Below the pieces are notes generated by a model. That model saw only the letters and a program-made list of their open reading frames with translations. It had not been told where the DNA came from and ran no database searches. DNA of 63,539 nucleotides, the filler included, from Rhabdomonas costata (Eukaryota), in NCBI GenBank assembly GCA_019059605.1. It is 48 parts of 48 records of this genome, joined end to end, with 100 filler letters (N's around TTAATTAATTAA, not from the genome) between each part and the next. Parts side by side here need not be neighbours in the genome. Positions count along the whole stretch, not along the records: positions 23,878 to 25,104 come from JAHMHO010022858.1; positions 25,205 to 26,431 come from JAHMHO010022859.1; positions 26,532 to 27,749 come from JAHMHO010022860.1; positions 27,850 to 29,075 come from JAHMHO010022861.1; positions 29,176 to 30,402 come from JAHMHO010022862.1; positions 30,503 to 31,728 come from JAHMHO010022863.1; positions 31,829 to 33,054 come from JAHMHO010022864.1; positions 33,155 to 34,380 come from JAHMHO010022865.1; 40 more parts are not named here. One strand, written 5' to 3'. Position numbers and translations under genes: made by a program. The first letter of the stretch is position 1. Every line of letters begins with the position of its first letter. Below are positions 23,879-35,948 of this stretch, in pieces.

Positions 23879-25104
23879 GGTGGTTTGAATATAGGAGATA
23901 TTTATAATGTAATTATGAATGATTTTTATTCGATTTTGTAAATGGGCGATATATGATATTTTTACAAAAACTGATATCGATGATAGTGGTAATATATATC
24001 CGTTACTTATTATATTACATAAATTACTAAATTTAGATAATTGTGTTAATAATATTATGTGGAAAAATTTATCTTTACACGATAAACAATCTTTTTCTAA
24101 CAAATGGAAAAAATTCTTTGATAATATAATATATCATCGTACTATTTATCTTGATGAAATTGAGTTAACATATATTATGGCATTAAAAATTGTATCTTCA
24201 ATGTATACTTTTTTAAGTTATGGTGTAAAAAATACTACAATGCGTTCTAAAGTTATTTTTTTAAGAAAATATAATATGAGAAGATTATACACTTTTTTTC
24301 TTTATTCAATTCAATCTTTAAAAACTACATGGTATGGTCATTATTTATTAGATTTGAACACAAATACTATTCGTTCAAGATTAAATGATCCTATTTTTAA
24401 AAAAATATCTCTTAAATATATTTATAATTTTTCTAAATCATTATGTTATTTACCAAATGATAAAAAAAATATTTTTCCTACAAATTGGTGTTCTATGACT
24501 TTTGAACATAAAAATTTAGTTTTGGAACGTCTTAATAATATTGATAATCAATGGTTTAATATACGTGGTGTGTTAAAAACTATATTTGTTGGTGTTAATT
24601 TACGTATTTTAAACACAAAAATTTACGAGTTGGTACGTTCAGTATTAATACGATTTATTTTTGAGACTCTTATCATTAAAGGAACATTGAGTAAATGTGA
24701 TTTTGGTGTTGACGAGAAAAACTTATTAAAATTACGTACAACAAACAATTTTTATAATAAGTATTCCTATCATTTTTTAAATAATAAACCTTATGAATTA
24801 ATTGAAAATGGTAAATATATTGAACGTTTAATCAATACTAAACAATACAATAATTTTACACTTGATTGGATCACTCAAATTAGTATTTTTCATCATTACA
24901 TAAACAATCGAGTTATCTTTTTAACTGGTGCAACTGGTGTTGGTAAATCAACTCAAATACCTAAATTATTTTTATATGCATTAAAAATGATATCTTATAA
25001 CAATTATGGTAAAATAGTATGTACCCAACCAAGAATTAAACCAATTAAAAATAATGCTACATATGTTGCAAATGATATTGGATTTCCAATACAAAATGAT
25101 AATT
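23879..25104 (+). CDS. Partial giant-virus-like (Mimiviridae/Imitervirales, Mimivirus R366-type) DEAH/RHA helicase; main frame 23919 to contig end
   Basis: About 20% GC by eye, no introns, ~395 open codons; Walker A GATGVGKST (24927-24953), motif Ia CTQPRI (~25020-25037); long N/I/K/Y-rich extension ending DWITQISIFHHYINNRVIFLTG. Confidence 0.8.
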
Positions 25105-28100
25105 NNNNNNNNNNNNNNNNNNNNNNNNNNNNNNNNNNNNNNNNNNNNTTAATTAATTAANNNNNNNNNNNNNNNNNNNNNNNNNNNNNNNNNNNNNNNN
25201 NNNNGTTGGTTGGTATGATGCGTGTGACAGGGCGTGCTCGAGAGATTTGCTGTGTGCTGAAAGGACGTGGTGCTGGACTCGGGACCACCATTGGTTTTTG
25301 TGGGTGGTGAGACGTTGCTGCGTCCACTTGGTTGGTGAATCCTCGGACCCACCTCAGGTCTGGGGAGTTCTGGGTTGGAAGACTGAGGCATGTGGTGTGG
25401 AATGCTCCTCCAACAGCAGCTGGCACCTCTGGTCAGGAAGGTGGCTGCCTCTGCTTAGTATGTGAGCGAGGTATAGGGCTATGGAGGCGATGGGCGCTTT
25501 TTCGACCATGTTCCTGCCCTCCTTCAGATGACTGGGTGCTGACCTTTTCCTGAGGGGAAGGAAGGGTCTAGCATTTGTTTTTCTTACCTGTGTATTTCAC
25601 TTTGTGTGCGTGTCTGTGTGGCGCATGCACGTGCGAGTGGTGTGCGGTGTGGTTTTCCGGGGTTTTACCTCCTGTGGGTTTGGTTTACTTCTCCTTTCGC
25701 ACTCGCCTTGTGCTGGGAAATGGCGGCTTGCACTTGCAGTCTGCATCCGGGTAGAGGTCTCGTCTTCTTCTTCTTCTTCTACCTGTTGTGGGTATTGCAG
25801 ACGGGTGCTTCGGGTGCGGCGTGCCCTGTGGCCCGCCTCCCCCAGGAAGGCCTCGTTTGGTGGTCCCCACTCACCCACCCACATACATACCAACCGCCAG
25901 CGCACTATGTGCCGAACACACACACACACACACACACACAAGGCGCCTTGGCGCGGTGTGCTGTGGCGTGTCCTTGTGCTGCTTGCACACACGCACATGC
26001 ACATGGATTCGTTTCTGGTCCACCCTTTCACCCACACCTGTCATTACACATTGGTGTTTGAGGCCAAAACGTAGGAGTGTGGGGAACGAGTGCTATCAGA
26101 AGTCAGAGTGAAGGGTGGTCCTTTTCTTACTTGATCTGTGAGGTTGCTGTGCTCTTCCTTGTTGTGCAAGCCCACCTCCACGCATCCCTTAGCCCAAGGC
26201 GCCCGCCTGGAGCGTGCAGCGTTTTTTCTTGGGGATATCCTTGTGATCTCTTTCTCGAGCAGATTGGACTGTTTGGCATACTTTCGAGTGCTCCGTACTT
26301 AGCCTGGATCTCGGAGGCTGGCTTTTCAAATCTTAGGTTTGCATGGAAACGAGGCAGCTTACCGCGCGGCCCTCCATACGCCTTCCATACGACAGCGCTC
26401 TCGGAATGCGAAAGCAGTGTACCCCCAACACNNNNNNNNNNNNNNNNNNNNNNNNNNNNNNNNNNNNNNNNNNNNTTAATTAATTAANNNNNNNNNNNNN
26501 NNNNNNNNNNNNNNNNNNNNNNNNNNNNNNNGTCGGCGTTTCGGGTTCTGGGTTCGGAGTGAGCTAAGGAAGGATGGGTAGGGGGGCTTCGGCATGGCTG
26601 CAGTGAGGTCCAGCCAGACCTTTTTGATTCTCCTTCTTCTTCTTCGCTCTGTAAGTTCTCATCTCAGTTTCTTTTGCAGGTGCTGGCACCACACTTCCTT
26701 GAAGTGATCTAGTTTTTGGGGAGTACGAGCTTCCTCAGGATGTCGTCCCCAAACGTTCGCATCGTGCCCGCTCTTTTGTTGTGTGTGTGTGTGTGTGTGC
26801 GTTCGCATTATGTTTGAGTTGCACCCAGTACGCAATTCGGTGGCTTACGGCTTTCTGCCTGAGATTTTCCTTGGGGTGTCACTTTCCGGGATTTTGGAGC
26901 TGTGGTTTACTGTTTTTGCACGAAAAAGAAACGCAGGTGTATCTGTGAAAAGGCCCCAGATGTTGATTGGTGGGAAGCCTCTGATCCCTCTTCTGCTCCG
27001 GGCGGGAAAGCTTTCGCTGAGTGAGGAAGCGTCGACGGTTTGCTTTTCGCGCGTAGTTATCGGTGTAGGTGAGGTTGCCTTCCAAAATGACGGTGCCCTG
27101 AAAGGCAGCCATGGGCATCGGCCTCGTTCGGCGGCTCTTTATCTTAGGCGAAAGATCAGCCTCACTGCGGCGTTTTATGTGGCGGATGAGAGTCGGGTCC
27201 ACGTGGACATGATTGACTGAATTATCTGCGCTTGTTGAGCGCTTCACAGCGTTACATGGGGAAGGATCTTTTGGATTGGGCAGGGAAAATGAAGCAGAAA
27301 ATACAAATACAAATACAAATGCAAGTACAACCTAAAGCGTACGAAGGGTAGTCTTTTTTTCACACCCAATCTTATGATGGACCCTGGAGCCTATTCGAGA
27401 TTGCTTTTGCTTTGCTTTCCTTTAGAACTGAAGGGATTTCATTGAGGAATACCCACGAACGATCACTCGGTTGGGGTTCTGGGGCGCTAACTTCGCCTTT
27501 GCAGTGAGGAACGAGGGGCGAACTTTTCTCATAGGGTATTGTGGCCGTGGTGTAGAGTTGCAGTTGACAAACCCTGCGCTGTTGCCTTGGTGAAAGTCTG
27601 TGCTGTGGTCTCTGCTGCACAGCTTTGCCTTCTTCTTTCCGTCTTTTTTTGCGCAAGCGGCCACCAGGCCTTTTCAGAGACCGCTTTCCCCTCCTCCCGT
27701 CGTGAGCGGCCGAGCCGGGTCCCCTTCGTCCCCGGGACCTTTCCCCCCANNNNNNNNNNNNNNNNNNNNNNNNNNNNNNNNNNNNNNNNNNNNTTAATTA
27801 ATTAANNNNNNNNNNNNNNNNNNNNNNNNNNNNNNNNNNNNNNNNNNNNTGTGTGGGGTGTGGTTGGGTGTTGTTGGTTCCTCACTCATATCTGCTCTCA
27901 GCTCACACTCATCTCATTTCAACACCACTGTATGCGTTGGTGCTCTCCTGACAGCCTTGCACGCACACACACACACCTGATGCGCAAAACCACCCTCAGC
28001 TGAAAAGCGCCTCCTAAAACCAAAACAGATGACGACCTAAAACACAAACGAAATAAAGGGAGTGAATACCCGACCGATTCAACGCGCACAATCTTTGCAC

Positions 28101-28438
28101 GCAAAACCAGACTCCCCCCACAAACAGCAACGCAGTCAAACACACTCAACGAACGGATGGATTCATTCAGAAGCCCAACTTCCCTAATTCTCCAAAAGAA
28201 GAGGGGCCTTCAATCGTTGATGACCTTCCCCTTCTGGACTTTTCCAACCTTCCACGTGGACGCGTTTGGAGCCAGCACACATGCTTCGTACCTCCAATCT
28301 CAGGTGCCAAGGAGGCCACCCACCACAATACAGACCCAACAGAAGCGCTCACCCCCAAAGGTAGAAATACAGAGTAGAAATACAAACTCTGGACGTCCCC
28401 TTTCCCCCGGTGAACTCTCAGCTGCAAATTATCGCCTT

Positions 28439-28857
28439 TCAATCCCACCCTTCCACAACGGAATCTATTAGAAATACATCCTGCTCAATATTGCGCCCGC
28501 AAGTTGTCCCCATCTCTTTAACAAGGCGGTCAACTCGAGCAGACTTTCTCATAAACCATTGCACACCCAAATCTTTTCGTGCCTCGCAAGTGCGGATACA
28601 AAGAGAGTGTATGAGCATGAGGTTTAAACAAAGTTGTGCCAACCCATCCAGACGAAGCCTGGATGGGAAGGCTAACAATGCTCTCCTCACGCGAAGAACT
28701 ACGGGATCGGAAAGGCCTCCACTATTTAGCAAGCTACCCATCGAGCGCACCGAGTCCCACCTCGTGGATCGAGGTGGGGTCAAGATAATGCGACCTGCTC
28801 GTACGCGCCGGGCGGGGAGAAAGTCAAACTTCAGTCGGTTCAGTGAGCCAGAATGAA
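28439..28857 (-). mobile_element. Possible degenerate hAT-family transposase fragment
   Basis: Intronless frame with HSGSLNRL...LTPPRSTRWDSVRSM, resembling the hAT P..TRW.S..M motif. Confidence 0.35.
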
Positions 28858-28889
28858 AAAATCTTCACAGTTGAGGTAGATTCCATTTA

Positions 28890-29069
28890 TTTGAGCGCTA
28901 GGAAAATCGCATTCACACACGAGAAGGAGCTCGCTTCAACGTAGAATATTGAAGCTCTGAAATGTTTGAAAAACAGAACAGAACAGAAAATAACGAACCT
29001 TCCAATGAACAATAAACAATCGCTAGAAAGAGCTGCTCGTGTGTGAATGCGATTTTCCTAGCGCTCAAA
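28890..29069. repeat. 34-bp perfect inverted repeat (28890-28923 / 29036-29069) at the contig end; probable fold-back artefact
   Basis: tttgagcgctaggaaaatcgcattcacacacgag and its reverse complement. Confidence 0.9.
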
Positions 29070-30502
29070 AACAAANNNNNNNNNNNNNNNNNNNNNNNNN
29101 NNNNNNNNNNNNNNNNNNNTTAATTAATTAANNNNNNNNNNNNNNNNNNNNNNNNNNNNNNNNNNNNNNNNNNNNTGTGGGGTGTTATGGATTTCCATCG
29201 ACTTTTTGTTTTTGCACTGGGTTTTCATGGAGGATAGGCGAGCTTTGCTGCGTTTACCTCTTCCCCCACCGCCTGCTGCGTGTTTGTGGTTGTGTGTGTT
29301 TCTTTTTGCGGGATGTGTTCCTGCGATGTTCTCCCTGCTTGTGCGCTGGTGCTCCCCTTACCTGCAACTTTTTGCTTGGTGAACTTTGTGTCATCATCAG
29401 CATTTAGGCCGCTAAGGGTGAAGAACTCCCGCTTGAACACGTGACGATGCAGATGTGAACCTTGTTGTTCAGTTGTGAACCTTCATTCAAGCGAGAACAG
29501 CCCACTGCGAACCACGTCCCCTGGGCTGCGCGCGTTCCTGATGCCCCAGCCTACCCTCTCCATTTCTTGGCAAGTGCGTAACTATGTCCCCTTGCCTTGG
29601 TTAGGTTTCTTTCTTGGTTTTTGTGCTGTCGAGTGCCGACCGCTTGTTTCATGGAAGTCTCGAATGTGCTGTCTTGATGTGGTCGTGCCATTGCGAGTCC
29701 GGTTGTGTGCAGTAGCATGTCTTTGCGAGATCAGTTTTGTTTTGGTCCTGTTTGTGTTCAGCAACGAAATGAAGCGGGTTTTGGTTTTGTTGAGTTTGGT
29801 GCAGCTTTTTTTTTGATGTGCTTGAACAACTATGCCTGTAGTGCTAAGAAAGATGCTGGATGTTCAAGTCTGGAGGGTTCCGTTTTAGGTTTTGGATTTT
29901 TGTTTGTGTGTTGAAGCGGAGTTTTCCCACCACAGAGGTGAAGGGGCTGAGGTTTTTCTATAAAAAAATCCAGTGCTTTATTGCACATTCATGCGTCGAT
30001 GCAGGTTGTATTTGACGCTTCTGTAAAGGCGGCGTTGCTGGCACAGACTAGGCAGAATTGCTTGAAATGCCGTCAGCGTTAGCAACCCACTCATTAGGTG
30101 AATGTTGCCATTCGCTGCCATGTGGCCCGACACATTTCCCGATTTTGTGCCTCTTCGAAGCATGCACCGTAGGATGCACTCAACTTATTGGCTAAAACCG
30201 AACTCCGCCCTTACGTGCACCCGTGACACACGCTGACTCGACATCTGGTGTCATATGTCTTCATCCCAACTTAGGTCTGTCATCTAAAATGACAGGGCGT
30301 GGCTGGCTTTATGTTGCAATGCGAGGGGGCTAGCGGATGTCCGCGAGTCTTCATTCGCATTGGAATGAGCCGTCCCAATCCAAAACCAAACACACCCACC
30401 ACNNNNNNNNNNNNNNNNNNNNNNNNNNNNNNNNNNNNNNNNNNNNTTAATTAATTAANNNNNNNNNNNNNNNNNNNNNNNNNNNNNNNNNNNNNNNNNN
30501 NN

Positions 30503-31632
30503 AGGCCCTGCAGCAGTCCTAAAAGTGTTCAAGGTAGTTCTTCTGGAGCAGGGAGCGGATGTACTCCATGCTGAACTCGTCGAAGTCCTTTCGCTCGGTA
30601 CGTTGAAAGAACTTTCCCAGCGGGGAGTCAATCAACACCGTCTCAAACATATCTGCCGAAGAGGAAAAGACAAGTGATCTCGCCTTTTGGCAATTAGACG
30701 TGGGATTTGTTTCTCGCTTAATGGCGCATCAAACTCCATCATGGTGCTCTGAACGACCTTGCACACGACTGTGCAAACTAACAAAGACGACTTGAAAGCA
30801 CTCATATTTCCCGAAGGGAGAGAGGCTATAGCCGGTACTGATGTTTACAGAGGTTGACAGGTTCCCGCCAGTTCCCGAAGCGTGCGTGTAAGAGAGGCAA
30901 GTGAAGGTAAAGGTGAAGAAACACGAACTTGGGGTGCTCTGTTCAAATGGTTACAAACCATTTTATTACCTATCCATTGATTGTGGTGTGAGGTTGGGAG
31001 AAGGGGAGGGGTCCAACCCATACCCCCCCCCCCCTGCCTCGCCTCGCACCACGGGAACATGAATTGTTAACAGTGGTGAGCCCATTCACACCATCGATGG
31101 ATGTCGCGGAGGTCAGGGCACCAATTCCCTCGAACAGCCCCAAGGGGTGGCACTTGTACAGCAGCTCCATCGTCTCTCGGCCGCTGCGGGCGCCGCTGAT
31201 CAACTTCAACACCTGTTGGGATGCCGTCGCTCTTCCTTCTGTCTCTAATTTTCCTGCCTTCAATGCGTTCATTTGTTGAATGCTTTCGGAAGAGAGCAAA
31301 GCCAAAGCAGGCCAGAAAATCTTGTTTTGTGCAAAAGATAAAAGCTCTTCCGAAACGCAGCGTGGCCGGGCCTTGCGCCCTCGGCCAGTCTGTGTGCGTC
31401 CGTCCGTCCGTTGGTTCGCTGAGTTCATTCGTTAGCCAGAGCGATGATTCGGGGTCGATGTGAAGAAAGAGTGGACCGAACGAGGGGAATGTAATGGGGG
31501 CCTGCCACATACATTTCCAATCATGTAGTCGAAAGTGATGTAGTCCAGAAACTCCCCTAGCGGTTGATCCACGTTGCACCGAAGCTCCATGAACTCATCC
31601 ACAAGCTTCTCGAGGGCGCGCTCGGTGATGAC
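30503..31632 (-). CDS. ATP6V0D: V-type H+-ATPase V0 subunit d, exons 31632-31513, 31212-31092, 30652-contig start
   Basis: In-phase GT-AG splicing: ...PLGEFLDYITFDYMIGN|VLKLISGARSGR...KCHPLGLFE...SID|DMFETVLIDSPLGKFF...DEFSMEYIRSLLQKNYLEHF. Confidence 0.95.
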
Positions 31633-32239
31633 CTGGACGTATGTCGGCACAAAGAGAAGCCTTGTCTTGTATCGCTCATGCTCATCGCCCCCCACTCCCA
31701 TGACAAAAACCACCAAACACACACCCCCNNNNNNNNNNNNNNNNNNNNNNNNNNNNNNNNNNNNNNNNNNNNTTAATTAATTAANNNNNNNNNNNNNNNN
31801 NNNNNNNNNNNNNNNNNNNNNNNNNNNNACAATGTAGACGAACCCGTGGAGTTAGCCGGGGGCAGCGTCGTGGGAATGGACCCGGCATTGCTGAAGTTGC
31901 GAGACTTCCGGTGGCCCTCATTCGGCTCATGTACCTGCGGCGCCGCAACTCATGCTGTTCCTGCTACCGCTCACGCTCCTCAACCTGAATCGCTCGCTCC
32001 TCGGCCTACGAGAGACAGAGAATTCAGAGCACAATACGTATCCATGTATCCCTGATCTGCCTGCGATATTCTTGACTTACAGTTTTTGTCTTTGTATTCT
32101 CAGAATATCAAGCAATATATAAAGTCCGTCGAAGACCGACGCTATGATCCGCACCTACACATGACCCTCCTCATACACTCACACTAACCGGTGCGCATAC
32201 ATTCAACACGGGTGTGCATTTGACGGCACACCCACAAGA

Positions 32240-32291
32240 CATCGTGCCCGCATTGACAGGGTGCCATCGTGCCCGCACTGACAGGGTGCCA
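32240..32291. repeat. 25-bp tandem duplication (catcgtgcccgca[t/c]tgacagggtgc x2)
   Basis: Direct reading, one mismatch. Confidence 0.85.
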
Positions 32292-34244
32292 ATTGTTCGC
32301 AACTGTCAGCGACACAAAAGCGCAACAAAGTTTGGAACCAGTGGAGCACAACAGCACAGAAGAGCATGTGAGGCCCCCAACACACCAAGACAACAAGAAC
32401 CGACGCAGGGCGAAAGGGTCTAACACACACCACACGGGATGACAAAAAACAAGAGGGACAGGAAACTAACCTCGAATTTTCGGCAGGCGCGGGCAGGTAC
32501 CCACATTGCCAGGCAATGCATTTTCGCTGGGCACTGTATTTTCTGGTTAACTGATAGACCTCCCCACAAAGTCGCAACCTTCACGATGGCTTCCACGCGG
32601 TCAGAGCGGATCCGAGGCAGTCGAAGCATCTTCAGGATAACATTCAACTGCCGATACCTATTCCACACCTGATCCGAAAAGAGAAAGGCGTGCAAACCCT
32701 CTCAGCAAGACACATGATAGAGAACCCTTCGTACAAGATCAGTCACTTGGTTCAACCCGCACACTGTTTTCAAAGTTCCCGGGCTAGCCACAAACTCCAT
32801 GGGGCGTAGACCCATGGCCCATTTTACAATCCAATCTATGCCCCGCTGTGCCTTGCCGCTCTCCGCGGTCATGCAGGGTTGCCCACACCAACCGGAGTAC
32901 GCAGAGCCTTGGGAACTGGCAAATCTATAGAGTTCAACTTCCGGGTATCTTCCGCGCAAGTGCTAGCGACGTGCATAGTGCTGCCGTTGTACCCTCCGCC
33001 CAAATCCAGGCTCAAAATATGTGGGCACTCAAACCAACACATACACCCACCACCNNNNNNNNNNNNNNNNNNNNNNNNNNNNNNNNNNNNNNNNNNNNTT
33101 AATTAATTAANNNNNNNNNNNNNNNNNNNNNNNNNNNNNNNNNNNNNNNNNNNNGTGGTTGGTTACCACTCCCCTTGGATCTTCAGAGGCCGCAAAAACA
33201 GCATGTGATCGATGCATTAAGGAGAGTGCTCAGCCTCCTGGAAAGCACGCCCTCGCCAGCAACGTGCGAATGCAGGGAATGCGACTGGTGGAATGAAGCT
33301 TGTGACCACTTCCTTTTTTTGGTTGGGGGGCACCCCTAATTCCGGCTTTTTATCACACCCAGAACAGTCAGATCATGACAGTGCCGCGCTGGGGTTCTCA
33401 TGATATGCTTCTGCTTGCTTCACACGAGAATCCCCTCCTCTCCGAATCTGGAAAAGGTCCATTTCATCAGTTCAACAATGCGGGTATTCTCAGCAGCAGA
33501 AGGTGCACCACGGCAGAAGCCGTGACGCAGGAGAAATTTGAAAGGGATACAATATTCATTGATGTCGAGCTGAAAGAATCACTGCACATATGATGAATGG
33601 CTGCTTCACAGCCATTCAAGCCAGCCGACCCAGAATGGGACCTTTCAGCTCCCTCTTAAAAGCGGAGGAACCACGGGGCTTGCAACGGTTGGGTGGCAGC
33701 GGCACGATGGTCAGCTCAATATAGCCATTCCTACCGCCACGGCACAGCACGGTAACCAGCGAGTCGGTCATGCCCTGGCGGACGGCTTTGGATGCGAGCA
33801 CGCCCGTGGAGACGTTGGCGAACCGGGCACTGCCGGAATGAAGTGAGAAGGTGAGAACGTGGAGCAGGCGTGAGGTTACCGGAAAGCAGGATTAGCTGCG
33901 ATACGCAGGGAGTATTCCTTGGTATACACGATAAGATCATGCAGTGGGTTTGCACGGGATGGTGCAAAAGACAGAAGCCATGACAGGTTCTTCAACCCGA
34001 AACCCAAAACCAACCACACCACGGCGGGACACACAGAACGCAAAACTGTGCGCAGAAAGAACATAAGGAGCACCCGGGTTATCGTATAATGCCCCACCTA
34101 AACTTCACAGGGCCAAAACGACTTGTCCCCTTAGGAAGATATATGAACCGAAAATCTGCCAAAGGCATGCCATTCCTTCACTCCGAGATAGCACACAATC
34201 ACCCACACACCATTGCCGGGTGCTCCCCCCAAAAGCTCCAAGGC

Positions 34245-34378
34245 GTGGGTAACATAGGCTGAAAGACCTCAATTTGGTGTCTGGCCTGGGCATGGAAACC
34301 CGAGACGGAAAGGGGGGGGGGGAAGTGCATCCGTGAGGCCGGACACCAAATTGAGGTCTTTCAGCCTATGTTACCCAC
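34245..34378. repeat. 43-bp inverted repeat (34245-34287 / 34336-34378) at the contig end; probable fold-back artefact
   Basis: One mismatch, 6 nt from the inner end. Confidence 0.9.
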
Positions 34379-35948
34379 ACNNNNNNNNNNNNNNNNNNNN
34401 NNNNNNNNNNNNNNNNNNNNNNNNTTAATTAATTAANNNNNNNNNNNNNNNNNNNNNNNNNNNNNNNNNNNNNNNNNNNNGGTTTGTGTCTCACGTTGCT
34501 CATTATTGTTTTCTTTCTATTTTGGGGTGTTTTGTACACACAGCAGGGCCTCCCAAAACGCTGCGTGGCCGGTCCTTGGGGTCAAAATAAACGCATGGCG
34601 AATAAATGGTGGCACCACTGTTCCTGACAAATGAAATTGAAGCCCCTGACCCAAAAGTACTCTGTGTATTCAAGCGACATGGGAAATAAGTGGGATGCTT
34701 GTACAGTTGTGGGCGATTCTTGACCCCGTCAGGACAAGACGTGGGACGAGGGCGTTTGCAGAAATTAAATTCAAGAAAACACCCTTGCCTAGCAAGGGTG
34801 TTTGCTCAAATTCTTGCAGTCGGAGTCCTCGAATTCCTGTGCACCGTTTCATCGGGTGTTTTATTGGCGCACAGGATATCGTGGGGTAAGTTTACCATGT
34901 GGTGCATGTATTCCATGCTCCTATATCGGCTTTTTGACTGAGCGGCTGGGTGCCTTTTTCGCTGGCAGCGTCGAGTCACCCACAGACGTCCTTTCCCAGC
35001 TTCACTGGGTCCGCCTTTGGCAGGTTTCCCGGAAAAGCTGGCCACGGATTCCTATCCCGTGGTAATGGCCACGGAGACGGGTGCCGTTCCCCCTTCGACC
35101 TTCGCCAGACTCGACGGGGAAGATTGCTACGTGGAGCCCCACCCCTCGTCACCTCGCAGCTCTTCCGGTCGTCCTCTCCTTCCCCACTCGCTTCCTCGCT
35201 CCCCGGCACCTGTCGCTGTTCCCGCCCGTTCGCAAAATTTGAATGAAAATGGGAATTTGGGAACATACTGGCACCATCCCAAAGAGGAGTGTTGAAAGTA
35301 GCATTTTTTCGCTTGGAAAAATACCACCATACTTCTGACGAGAAGTCCACAGGAATGAATGGAAGGAAAGAACCGATATTCAGTAGCATAGAAGCAAAAG
35401 CGTGGGTTGCCTTCAAGCTTAATTCAGCTTCATTTAGATCAAAAGCTCGATCCTCCTCAAAGCGGTAGGATTTGGACATAGCGCTTCTCAAGATTGACCC
35501 AAGATCACTTAGAGCGATGAGAAAACGATACAGCTGCGGTTCGAGCATGTTTTCCTCACCTTTTTCTCCGTCGCTTATCATGTTTTTGTGGTATAACCGC
35601 ACTTCTTCTCGGTGGTTTTTTTGTACGAATGAAGATTTCTCTTATTTCCGCCGCCTGCGCCAAGTGAAGTGGGTTTATCTATCTCCCCGCCCCCACCCAA
35701 CCCACANNNNNNNNNNNNNNNNNNNNNNNNNNNNNNNNNNNNNNNNNNNNTTAATTAATTAANNNNNNNNNNNNNNNNNNNNNNNNNNNNNNNNNNNNNN
35801 NNNNNNGTTTTTGGTTGCATTGAAAGTTCCGCCGGTTTTTCTCAACATTTGTCACTGTTGCGAGTGCGGAGATGAAGAAGGCAGCACATTTTGCCACTGT
35901 GGGTTTGTGTGGTGGCCCGCTCTCTCAAGTTTGTGTTTTGGTGAAAAG

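Noticed and set aside
23878-25104. AT-rich contig as mitochondrial or plastid DNA
   Set aside because: A DEAH helicase is not an organellar gene; the frame is open in the standard code and the motif context matches giant-virus helicases
25597-26111. Several overlapping 100-150 aa ORFs rich in CV/HT
   Set aside because: Products of (CA/GT)n microsatellites and stop-poor sequence; the same applies to most short ORFs in the track
28890-29069. MITE interpretation of contig-terminal inverted repeats (also 3602-3875, 34245-34378)
   Set aside because: No TSD visible, always at contig ends, mismatches only at the inner junction; fold-back artefact is more parsimonious
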